A DNA stretch of 64,000 bases from an uncultured delta proteobacterium (lineage in GTDB: Bacteria; Desulfobacterota; Binatia; UBA9968). The stretch lies in NCBI GenBank assembly GCA_963816145.1, contig CAWFJP010000014.1:128001-192000 (forward strand), given 5' to 3'. Both the position numbers and the translations under genes were made by a program. Shown here piece after piece: positions 27,631-36,550 of the stretch. A model generated the notes under the pieces. It was not told the DNA's origin, searched no databases, and worked only from the letters and a program-made list of their open reading frames with translations. Position 1 is the first letter of the stretch; each line of letters begins with the position of its first letter.

Positions 27631-28716
27631 CTAGAGCGGCAGTTTGTAAAACGTCTCGGCATTACGCCAGAGCATGGCGGCCTTATCGTCCGCGGTGATT
27701 TCGTCGCTCTCCATCAACTCGCCGATGTCATGCTTGCAGCTCTCGTGGGTGACTTCATGGGGAAAGTCTGACGAATAGAGAAACGGCGAATTGCCGACGA
27801 CTTTGATCGCGAAGGGCATGGTCAGCTCTTCGGTTTCGATGCCCAGATAGATGCGGTTGTCTTTGATCAGCTTTTTAAGCGTTTTGGCCGGGTCTTGTTC
27901 CTCGCGGATGCCGAACTCGCCTTCGGGAATATGTTGGAAGTGGGTCTCATGAGAGGCATGGAGCCGTTCGAGCAGAAGCAGCAACCAAGCGATGCCGCCC
28001 TCGAGGAAGGCGATGCGCACGCGCGGGAAGCGCTCGTAGATGCCGTTGTATAGAATATCGGCGCAATTGATCGTCAGTCCCCAAGGATGACCGAGAGCAT
28101 GCACGGGCACGTACATGTTCATGTGATCCATGCCGAAGCGGTCATGGGCACCGCCATGGACGGCGAGGCAGCAGCCGAGGCGGTTGGCTTCTTCATAAAC
28201 CGGCCAAAACTGTTTGGCGCCCAACGGTTGAGAGAGGCCGTTGGAAGGCATCATGCCACCCAGCATGCCCAACTCGGTGACCGCACGGCGCAGCTCCTTG
28301 GCGGCTTCTTCCGGGTCCTGCATGGGGATAATCGCCATGCCTTTGAAACGCGAATTGTATTTCAAATAGGTGTCCGACAACCAATCGTTGTACGCTTTAC
28401 AAACCGCTACGGCGTAGTCGCGGCTGACGATCTTGCCGTAGGATAGAGCCAGAGTCGGATACATGACGGTCCATTCGATGCCGATATCGTCAAGAAAATC
28501 GAGCCAGCCTTTCGGGCCGACCGGCGCACGCCCATCGCGTTGCGGCGGGGTTTCGACGGCGCGACCGGAGTGAAGGTGATCCAAGGGCGGAAAGCAGGTG
28601 CCCTTGCGCCCGGCGATTTCGCGGTAGGTGCCTTCCATATGGGCGATGATGCCCGCGTTGTCTTCCATAATGTGTCCGTCGCCGTCAATTATTCGCGTGC
28701 CGAGATTTGCGCTCAT
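27631..28716 (-). CDS. Amidohydrolase_2 family protein
   Basis: 'IDGDGHIME', 'VMYPT', 'YSSDFPH'; start at MSANLG. Confidence 0.85.
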   Translation of the reverse strand: MSANLGTRIIDGDGHIMEDNAGIIAHMEGTYREIAGRKGTCFPPLDHLHSGRAVETPPQRDGRAPVGPKGWLDFLDDIGIEWTVMYPTLALSYGKIVSRDYAVAVCKAYNDWLSDTYLKYNSRFKGMAIIPMQDPEEAAKELRRAVTELGMLGGMMPSNGLSQPLGAKQFWPVYEEANRLGCCLAVHGGAHDRFGMDHMNMYVPVHALGHPWGLTINCADILYNGIYERFPRVRIAFLEGGIAWLLLLLERLHASHETHFQHIPEGEFGIREEQDPAKTLKKLIKDNRIYLGIETEELTMPFAIKVVGNSPFLYSSDFPHEVTHESCKHDIGELMESDEITADDKAAMLWRNAETFYKLPL

Positions 28717-28908
28717 GGTAAAAGTCCCCCTAAATATTTTGCATCGATAACGGATAGATCTAGAAATCTGTCGTCTCTTCTTATAATCCGACTTGAGGAC
28801 CGGGTTCAAGCCGGTTGCGCGCGCTCCAGCGCCCTCGCGTTGTCGCGAGCTTTGCGATAAGAGGTTCGAAAGACAAAGTTGTGGTGACGAAATCATAATG
28901 GAGGACCT

Positions 28909-29160
28909 ATGGCTGAAGAATCCATCGAAGAGAAGCTGGCACGGCTCGAAGCCGAAAATCAGGCGCTAAAAAAACAGGTCGATCGCAAGTCCGGAGAGTT
29001 GCGCCTGAAGGTCAGCGAAAAGGGCGGGCTGTCGATTTACGGGCTGGGCCGATTTCCGGTGACGCTTTATAAAGAACAGTGGAATCGGCTTCTTGACCAC
29101 GCCGATGAGATCCGCGAATTTCTCAAGGCCAACGACCAGCAACTCAAGGCGAAGCAATAA
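28909..29160 (+). CDS. Small conserved hypothetical protein (coiled coil + KVSEKGG..YGLGRFPVTLY.EQW domain)
   Basis: GGAGG RBS; compact conserved-looking 83-aa ORF. Confidence 0.8.
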   Translation: MAEESIEEKLARLEAENQALKKQVDRKSGELRLKVSEKGGLSIYGLGRFPVTLYKEQWNRLLDHADEIREFLKANDQQLKAKQ

Positions 29161-29199
29161 ACTACATCACCTTTCACCAATGATCCATTCGGAGTTTTT

Positions 29200-30270
29200 A
29201 TGGCAACGACTACACAACCGATCAATCTTTTTGAATTCGAAGATGCCGCCAAAGAGCTGTTGCCGAAAGCGGAATACGACTACATCGCCGGCGGCGCCAC
29301 CGATGAGATTAGCGTCGATCGCAACCGGCGCGCCTATGCATCATGGGCGTTTCGGCCGCGGGTGTTGCGCGATGTCAGTAAGCTCGACCTGTCGACGACG
29401 GTTTTAGGTACGCGCGTCGAATTGCCGGTGTTGATCGCGCCCTGCGGCGGTCATAAGCGCGCCCATCCTGAGGGCGAACTCGCCACCTATCGTGCGGCGG
29501 CTTCCTGCGGCACGGTGCTGGCGGTAAGCGCCAACGCCAACACTTCGTTTGAAGATCTCGCCAAAGCCGCAAACGGAAGCTTGTGGGTGCAGCTCTATCC
29601 GTTCCGCGACAAAGCCATGACCCAAGATTGGCTCGACCGCGCCAAGGCCAACGGTTACAAGGCGATTGTCGTGACCCTCGATTCGCAGTGGCCGCCCAAG
29701 CGTGAACGTAATATTCGCAATCGTTATCAGCGCACCCGCGGCGCTAATTATCCCGCCGGCGGCGAACATCCCGAAGCGCCGCGTCCAGCCGGCAGCGGTG
29801 CCGGTTCGGATCCAGCGGCGACTTGGAAGGACCTTGAGTGGATCAAAGCGGCGACCAGCTTGCCGGTGGTTGCCAAGGGGGTCATGACTGGCGAAGATGT
29901 CGAACTCTGCGCCGAAGTCGGCGCCGACGGCGTAATTGTTTCCAACCATGGTGGGCGCCACCTCGATAACACCTTGGCGACGGTGGAAGTCTTAAGCGAA
30001 GCGGTGGCGGCGGCCAAAGGGAAAATGGAGGTGCTGCTCGACGGTGGGATTCGGCGCGGCGCCGACGTCGTGAAAGCGATCGCTCTCGGGGCGAACGCCG
30101 TGTTTATCGGCCGGCCGCTGTTCTGGGGACTCGCTGTCGGCGGCGAGCAGGGGGTTGTGCGCGTCCTCAATTTGCTCCGTGAAGAAATCGAAATAACCAT
30201 GGCCAAGTGTGGTCGGCCGACTCTCGCCAGCATCGACAGTTCGACTATAGTTAAAGCACCGCCGCTTTGA
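29200..30270 (+). CDS. FMN-dependent alpha-hydroxy-acid oxidase/dehydrogenase
   Basis: 'RPRVLRDVS', 'SNHGGR', 'DGGIRRGAD'. Confidence 0.92.
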   Translation: MATTTQPINLFEFEDAAKELLPKAEYDYIAGGATDEISVDRNRRAYASWAFRPRVLRDVSKLDLSTTVLGTRVELPVLIAPCGGHKRAHPEGELATYRAAASCGTVLAVSANANTSFEDLAKAANGSLWVQLYPFRDKAMTQDWLDRAKANGYKAIVVTLDSQWPPKRERNIRNRYQRTRGANYPAGGEHPEAPRPAGSGAGSDPAATWKDLEWIKAATSLPVVAKGVMTGEDVELCAEVGADGVIVSNHGGRHLDNTLATVEVLSEAVAAAKGKMEVLLDGGIRRGADVVKAIALGANAVFIGRPLFWGLAVGGEQGVVRVLNLLREEIEITMAKCGRPTLASIDSSTIVKAPPL

Positions 30271-30595
30271 TATTCTAGACAATAATGGACTTTTGTTGCC
30301 ATTAAAAGACAAACTTGCTTAAGTCAAAACGTTGTCGACGGCGGTATGGAATGGCGGTACCGGGGACTGAGATGCTAGTTTCGGGGGAGCGAGCATTTGA
30401 TCTGCCGAGTTAAAAATTTCCCTAATCCAGCGCACAACGCAGTACTTTTAGTAAGATTCCCATCGATACATTCCTCGCCATTAAAATGGTTCGGTTATCC
30501 AGCCGGAATTTCCTTTGGCAAATAGCTTCCCAGACGTTACAATATCCCAGTCTGGCAACGTCACATTTTTGCCAACTAAACGAATGTAGGAAGCT

Positions 30596-33500
30596 ATGCG
30601 GACTCGGGAAAAAATCCTTATCGCCGTTGTTGTTGCCGCCTTGATGCTGGGCGCCGTGATTGTCTACTTGTTGCAAGGTAGTAGTGAAGTCGAAGCGAAT
30701 TACACCCGCTGGCTTTTTGCCCGCAACTTGAGCCAGTTTATATCTGCGCCGATAGCGTTTGTGTTCGGCAATTCCGAATCCGGTCAATCTACAAGCGCCT
30801 GGTTTTACGGCATGCTCGGCGGTTTTGGAGTGATCGTCATGTTGGTCATTCTGAAGCTGTTCCGTGACGGCCAAATCATGGCGCTCAAGGAGAGGGTGCA
30901 AACACTGGGCGCGGCGAAACAAGAAGCCGAAAACATGCTTCAGGAAGAAGTGTGGAAGGGCAAGACCGCGCGCCAAGCCAAAGACAGCGTGACGCGCGAC
31001 CTCGAAGAGAGCATCGAGCGCATCGAGTTGATGATCGTCGAGCTCACGGCAAAAGAGCAGGCGCTCAAAGCGCGCGATGACGAGTTGCGCGCGCTCAAAT
31101 CTAGCGGCACAGTCGCCAAGCCCATCGTTATCGGCGCGGGCGCCGGCGACCAAGCCATGCGGGCGGAAATGGTGCGGCTCGCCGAAGCGCTCCAAGCCAG
31201 GGATGGCGAAGTCAAAGAGCTGCGGCAACTGATGAGTGGCAAAGCCCGGCTATGGGAAAGCCAGCTGCAAACCAAGGACGATCTGCTCAAGCGCCGCGCA
31301 GCGGAGTTAGAGATTGCCCGCAGTGAAACCGGCGAGCTCAGCGCTCAGGTCAAAGAGTTGGAAGCAGCGGGCCGGCGCGCCGAAGAGCTGCTGCAAAAAG
31401 AGCTTCACAGCAAGAAAGAGGTCCTCGAGGCGAGCGATGCCGCGAACCGTAATCTCGAGAAGCGCCTGCAAGAAACAATGCGCAGCCTCGAGGAGCACGC
31501 TCGCGAACGGGAGCGGCTGATCGAGAGCCATGGCAGTGAACTTGCGATTCTCAACAAGCAGTTGCAGGAATCGAACCTGGCAAAGGATCAGGCCGAATCC
31601 CAGCTCGAGACTGCGCGGGCGGAACTTGAGAAGGAACATGATGCAAAGGAAAGCGAGTTCAAGGAACTCGGATTTCGCCTCGGCACCAACATCCGCGGTC
31701 TGCAAAATCAGATCGAGGAGCGCGACATGCTTGTTCAGGTGCGCGACGGTGAGATCAACTCGCTCAAGTCGGAAGTTCACGCGCTCAGCACCAAGATCGA
31801 AGAAGCCCGGACGGCCAGGGAACAAGCCGAGGCCGCTCTCAACGCGGCGCTCAGTAAAGGCCAGCATATCAGCGACGAAAAAGCTGCCACAATCCGCGAG
31901 TTGGAAGAGCGTTACGGCAGATCGTTGCGCCAGTTGGAACTTCAACTAGGCGAGAAGGAGCAGTTTTTACAAATTCGGAATGCTGAAATTCAATCCTTAA
32001 CTTTGGCGGTGGAGAGTCTCACGCAAAAATCGGATGACAGCGCGGCGGCACGTGCCAACGCCGAAAAGACGCTGAGGGAGGAATTGCGCAGGGAGAAGGA
32101 GTTACGCCAAGCCAGGGAGTCAGGCAACAAAGAATTGGAAGCCCGCTACACCGGCGAACTGAAAAACTTGCAGCACCAGCTCACCGAACGAGACGGTCTG
32201 CTGCAGACCCGCGGCGCCGAAATCGAAGCGCTCCAAACCCAACTCGCTTCGTTAGCGGAACAACTCAGCAAGGTCGGTTCAGCGAAAGAGCGCGCTGCCA
32301 ACCTGCTCCAAGAAAAGCTGCGTAAAGAGAAGGCATTTCTGAGCGCCGGCGACTCGGCCTTGCGTGAATTGGAAGGCAACTTCAGCGCCAAGATCAGCGC
32401 TCTCGAGCAGCAATTAGCCGAACGCGAAAAGCTCGTCGGCAGCCGCGACGCGGAGGTCGGCGCCCTGCGAGCGGAGTTGATCGCGGCGCAACAGCAGGCC
32501 AGCGAGTGGTCTACAGCCAAACAGCAGGCTGAGAAAATGCTCGAAGAGGCCTTCAAAGAAAAAGCCGCGCTGCTCAGCACCAAGGATAGCGCGGTGCAAA
32601 AGCTGCAAGCCGAGATACTGGCAAAACAACATGCGCTGGAAGGCCAGCTCGGGGAGAAAGAAAAGAGCCTCAAAGATCGTGAGGTCGAACTCCAAGCCGT
32701 GAAGCGGCAACTGGCCGAGTTGGATGCGGCCAACGATCAGACGGTACGCTTGTTCCAAGCTGACGCCAAAGAAAAGGAAGATCTCTTGCGCGCCCGCGAG
32801 GCGGCGCTCAAAGAGCTGGAAAAACGCAGCGAGGATCGTCTGCGTGCGCTCGAAGCGCAATTGGCCGAGAAGCAGGGGCTGGCGGACGCCCGTCACGGCG
32901 AAGTCGAAACGCTGCGTTCCAAGCTTAAGGATCTAACCGGTCAGATCGACCTTTTGAGCAATACCAAAGAGGAGTCGGTGCGCGCTCTTGATCGAGAATT
33001 GCGCCAGCGCAACGAAGTACTCCAGGCGAAGGAAGCTGCGCTCGCCAAGCTTGAAATCCACTTCAAAGGCCAGGTGCAGACCCTCGAAGCCAAACTCAGT
33101 GAGCAGCAGAATTTAATGGCGACCCGGGAAGGCGAAGTCGACGCGCTCATGAACAAAGTGCGTGAGATATCGGAAAAGTACAGTTCGCTGGCTTCGGAAA
33201 AAGAACGCAACGACCGGGCGTTACAAGAGGAGCTCAGAGAGAAGACGGCGCTATTGGCGGCCAAGGAATCCTCCGCCGGCGACGTCGAGGAGCGGTTGAG
33301 CGGCAAACTTGAATTCCTGGAACGGCAGATTGCGGAAAAACAAAAACTGCTCGAAAGCGGCGGTACGGAGATGGCTGCCATGAGAGAGCAGATCGCGACG
33401 CTGCAGGAGAAACTCCAGGAAACCGAGGCGGCGAAGGTTCACACCGAACGGTTGCTCGAAGAAGCGCGTGCCAATGGGCCGCATCTGCCAGTGGTGATTC

Positions 33501-33739
33501 CGTCCGACGACGACGACGATGGTGTGGCAAGTGGCGACACCAACGGCTTGGATACCCTGCTCAACGAACGCGAAGAACTGCTGAAGGCGCGTGACAACCT
33601 GATTCAGAATCTCATGACGGAATTGAAGGAAAAGAAGACCCAGCTAGCGCGCCATGAAATCGAAGTCTGGCAAGGCATCGAGCGGCGCGGCGTGTGGAAA
33701 CACAGATTGTCCAAGGTCGGTATTCGATTGAAAGATTAG
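30596..33739 (+). CDS. Membrane-anchored long coiled-coil protein with ~10 tandem 78-aa repeats
   Basis: Two N-terminal hydrophobic segments; E/K/L/R/Q/A-rich; repeat anchors spaced 234 or 213 nt. Confidence 0.85.
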   Translation: MRTREKILIAVVVAALMLGAVIVYLLQGSSEVEANYTRWLFARNLSQFISAPIAFVFGNSESGQSTSAWFYGMLGGFGVIVMLVILKLFRDGQIMALKERVQTLGAAKQEAENMLQEEVWKGKTARQAKDSVTRDLEESIERIELMIVELTAKEQALKARDDELRALKSSGTVAKPIVIGAGAGDQAMRAEMVRLAEALQARDGEVKELRQLMSGKARLWESQLQTKDDLLKRRAAELEIARSETGELSAQVKELEAAGRRAEELLQKELHSKKEVLEASDAANRNLEKRLQETMRSLEEHARERERLIESHGSELAILNKQLQESNLAKDQAESQLETARAELEKEHDAKESEFKELGFRLGTNIRGLQNQIEERDMLVQVRDGEINSLKSEVHALSTKIEEARTAREQAEAALNAALSKGQHISDEKAATIRELEERYGRSLRQLELQLGEKEQFLQIRNAEIQSLTLAVESLTQKSDDSAAARANAEKTLREELRREKELRQARESGNKELEARYTGELKNLQHQLTERDGLLQTRGAEIEALQTQLASLAEQLSKVGSAKERAANLLQEKLRKEKAFLSAGDSALRELEGNFSAKISALEQQLAEREKLVGSRDAEVGALRAELIAAQQQASEWSTAKQQAEKMLEEAFKEKAALLSTKDSAVQKLQAEILAKQHALEGQLGEKEKSLKDREVELQAVKRQLAELDAANDQTVRLFQADAKEKEDLLRAREAALKELEKRSEDRLRALEAQLAEKQGLADARHGEVETLRSKLKDLTGQIDLLSNTKEESVRALDRELRQRNEVLQAKEAALAKLEIHFKGQVQTLEAKLSEQQNLMATREGEVDALMNKVREISEKYSSLASEKERNDRALQEELREKTALLAAKESSAGDVEERLSGKLEFLERQIAEKQKLLESGGTEMAAMREQIATLQEKLQETEAAKVHTERLLEEARANGPHLPVVIPSDDDDDGVASGDTNGLDTLLNEREELLKARDNLIQNLMTELKEKKTQLARHEIEVWQGIERRGVWKHRLSKVGIRLKD

Positions 33740-33807
33740 CCAACGTTTTAAGTCATTCAGCTCAAGACTATAGTCGCTTGTAGTTCGCACTCAAATTTCG
33801 CTACCCA

Positions 33808-34422
33808 CTACTTCATTAAATAGCTCGCCGATTGGGGGATGCGCAGGATACTTGCGCCTTCGGTGTCTTCAACATAACGGATGAAGCGGTATTTGTTTTC
33901 CAGCTCGTCATACTTGAGCGGCGGCACCTCGGCGCGGCCGGCTTCGATGTTGGCGGCGATGAAATGCGGGCCGTCGCTTTCCAGGGCATGGCTCACTGCG
34001 TCTATGAGTTCTTCGACGGTAGTTACGGCGCGCGCGCTTTCGATGCCGGCGCTGCGGGCGATGCCGGCGAAGTCGATATTGCCGGCGGTGGCCACCGTCG
34101 GTTCGCCGCCGGACGATTCGTATTGTTTGTTATCCCAACAGATGTGAATCAGGTTTTTCGGCCGATGCAGCCCGATGGTGGCGAGCGAGCCCAAGTTCAT
34201 CCACAAGGCGCCGTCGCCGTCGAAGACGAATACTTTGCGTTTGGGCAAACCGAGGGCGAGCCCCAGGCCGATGGAAGAGCACAGCCCCAGGGTTTTGACT
34301 TGGATGTTGCCATCGCTCGGGCGCACGGCGTTCCACTCGTTGGTGGCGCCGCCAGCGGTGGTGACGAACAGTTCGTCTTTGATTAGCGGAGCGATCGCTT
34401 GCAGGCATTCAAAGCGTTTCAT
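33808..34422 (-). CDS. comE: Sulfopyruvate/phosphonopyruvate decarboxylase beta subunit
   Basis: ThDP motif 'DGDGALWMNLGSL...DN..YESSG'. Confidence 0.75.
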   Translation of the reverse strand: MKRFECLQAIAPLIKDELFVTTAGGATNEWNAVRPSDGNIQVKTLGLCSSIGLGLALGLPKRKVFVFDGDGALWMNLGSLATIGLHRPKNLIHICWDNKQYESSGGEPTVATAGNIDFAGIARSAGIESARAVTTVEELIDAVSHALESDGPHFIAANIEAGRAEVPPLKYDELENKYRFIRYVEDTEGASILRIPQSASYLMK

Positions 34423-34434
34423 AGCGGCTATCAC

Positions 34435-34929
34435 TTATAGTACGGCGCGTGTCAACAGCAGCGCCACCGGTCGTTTGGAGGCATTCGCCAACGTCACCGC
34501 GCCGGCGATTTCCTGCTTCACTTTGGCCGGGTCGCGCATGACGACATACTTGATGCCCAATCCCTGAAGCACGGGCTCGGTGACCAAGCCAACCATGTGG
34601 AATGCGTTGTCGCCGAGGTCGCCGGCATAGTAGATCAAGAGCAACACCGGGATGCCGAATTGCAGCGCCGTGGTGGTAAGTCCGTTGGCGCTGTTGAGCA
34701 AGCCGCCGTTCTGCATCAGCATCGCCGGGGTCTTGCCGGCGAGATGGGCGCCGGTACAAACTCCGATGCCTTCTTCCTCGCGTCCCACTGGCACATGGGC
34801 GATGTCCTTGTCTTGGTAGAGCAAGTTAAGCAGTTGGAGCATGTTAATGTCCGGCACGCTGGCGATCAAGTCGATGCCGGCGCCCTTGAGACCGGCTAGG
34901 ATATTCTGCGCTCCGGCGATGGTTCCCAT
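34435..34929 (-). CDS. comD: Sulfopyruvate/phosphonopyruvate decarboxylase alpha subunit
   Basis: 'SVPD', 'REEEGIGVCTGAHLAG...LMQNGG'. Confidence 0.78.
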   Translation of the reverse strand: MGTIAGAQNILAGLKGAGIDLIASVPDINMLQLLNLLYQDKDIAHVPVGREEEGIGVCTGAHLAGKTPAMLMQNGGLLNSANGLTTTALQFGIPVLLLIYYAGDLGDNAFHMVGLVTEPVLQGLGIKYVVMRDPAKVKQEIAGAVTLANASKRPVALLLTRAVL

Positions 34930-34949
34930 AGTGGTTCGACCTCTGGTTG

Positions 34950-35040
34950 GTTCTAGATAACCGGGCCGGTGCTGTCAAGCTGCGTGCGGAAAAGATGCGT
35001 GCGGAAAAGATTGACACTTCCCCGGCGATTCTGTTAGCAG
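34950..35040. promoter_or_regulatory. Back-to-back sigma70-like promoters separated by a 15-bp tandem duplication
   Basis: TGTCAA 34973-34978 (minus-strand TTGACA, 17 nt, TAGAAC); TGCGTGCGGAAAAGA x2 at 34981-35010; TTGACA 35011-35016. Confidence 0.55.
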
Positions 35041-35094
35041 AGGAAGCGGCTTAGAATTGTCAGCGCAAACGATTCCACGCGGAGAGGCATCAAG

Positions 35095-36057
35095 ATGAAG
35101 TTAAATTCCAAGCTTGGCGCATTGGCGTTTGTCGTTTTCTCATTCGCTGCCCCGGCGGCATGGGGGCAGTATCCGACCAAGACCGTGCAAATCATCAATC
35201 CCTTTCCGCCCGGGGCGGTGACCGATATTGTTGCGCGGATTCTCGCGCCGAAAATGTCGCTGGCGCTGGGGCAGCAAGTGGTGATCGTCAACAAGGCCGG
35301 CGGCGGCGGCGCGGTCGGCATCCAAGCGGCGAAGGATTCGGCGCCGGATGGTTACACGATCCTGGTCACACCACCGCCGATTGCGTTGATCCCGATCATC
35401 AACAAGAATTCCAGCTTTACCTTGAAAGACTTCACGCCGCTGGCGCTCGCTACCAGCAGTCCCAACACCACCGTGGTGAAGAGCGACGCGCCGTGGAAAA
35501 CTTTCGAGGAGTTTATCGCCGACGCCAAGAAAAACCCTGGCCAGCTCACCTACGGTTCCGCCGGTCCCGGGACGACACCGCATTTCATCGGCGAGTTGGT
35601 TAAACTCAAGACCGGTATCGACATGACTCATGTGCCGCTCGGTTCCGAGTCGGCGGCCGCGACCGCCGTGTTGGGCGGACATGTGAACGTCGCCTTTTTG
35701 ACCCTGGGAACGACACGCAGCCACATCGAAGCCGGCACCATGCGCGCGCTGGCGGTGGCATCCAATCGCCGTCTGAAAGATTTTCCCAATGTACCGACGA
35801 CGGTGGAGAAGGGTTATCCGGAACTCAATTTGAAAATCTGGGTGGGCTTTTTTGTCCCGGTCAAGACGCCGCCGGCTGCGGTCAAGAGATTGGCCGCGGC
35901 GATTAGCGATAGTTTGAAAGATGCGGAAGCCGGGGCGACTATCGAAAAGGCCCAAGCTTTGATCGAAAATCTCGGTCCCGCCGAGTTTGCCAAGTTCCTC
36001 GCCGACGAGGAGCGTAAGTGGACGGAAGTGGCGCGCGCCGCGAAAATTACCCAGTAG
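35095..36057 (+). CDS. tctC: TTT substrate-binding protein
   Basis: 'YPTKTV.II.PFPPGA.TD..AR', 'APDGYTIL'. Confidence 0.9.
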   Translation: MKLNSKLGALAFVVFSFAAPAAWGQYPTKTVQIINPFPPGAVTDIVARILAPKMSLALGQQVVIVNKAGGGGAVGIQAAKDSAPDGYTILVTPPPIALIPIINKNSSFTLKDFTPLALATSSPNTTVVKSDAPWKTFEEFIADAKKNPGQLTYGSAGPGTTPHFIGELVKLKTGIDMTHVPLGSESAAATAVLGGHVNVAFLTLGTTRSHIEAGTMRALAVASNRRLKDFPNVPTTVEKGYPELNLKIWVGFFVPVKTPPAAVKRLAAAISDSLKDAEAGATIEKAQALIENLGPAEFAKFLADEERKWTEVARAAKITQ

Positions 36058-36093
36058 CCGCGCGAACGCCGTCTTTGCGCCGTTGCGCTTGCC

Positions 36094-36549
36094 ATGAAAC
36101 GACTCGATCTCATTGCCGCGGCGGGGCTTGCTGGTTTGGCGGGTTACATCTTGTTTGAGTCGCGTAAGCTAGCCTTCGGCAGCTTGCGTGTGCCCCAGAC
36201 CGGCTTCTTCCCGAGAGCCCTGGGTATTTTGTTAGTGCTCCTCGCACTTGGTGAACTCCTCCGAGCCCTACGGCATTCCGAGGCGGTGTTTTCGATGGAA
36301 AAAATTGCCGGCGAAGGCTGGATCAGAATCGGCGCAACGCTGGCGACCATGCTTGGCTTTGCGCTTGTCTTGGAGTGGTTGGGGTTCTTGCTGGCAACCT
36401 TTTTGCTGATGGTCTTGCTGCTGCGCGCCATCGAAGCGCCGCGCTGGCCGAAAGTATTCGTTGTCGCGCTGGTAACTGCGTTGCTCTCGTATGGCCTTTT
36501 CGCCTATCTCTTGGGCGTGCCTCTGCCCGCCGGGATCTTAGGGATCTAG
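36094..36549 (+). CDS. tctB: TTT small membrane subunit
   Basis: 4-TM, 'GFFP', 'LGVPLPAG'. Confidence 0.88.
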   Translation: MKRLDLIAAAGLAGLAGYILFESRKLAFGSLRVPQTGFFPRALGILLVLLALGELLRALRHSEAVFSMEKIAGEGWIRIGATLATMLGFALVLEWLGFLLATFLLMVLLLRAIEAPRWPKVFVVALVTALLSYGLFAYLLGVPLPAGILGI

Positions 36550-36550
36550 A

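Noticed and set aside
30596-33739. SMC/SbcC or phage tape-measure protein
   Set aside because: No Walker A/B, hinge or zinc hook, and no phage genes nearby
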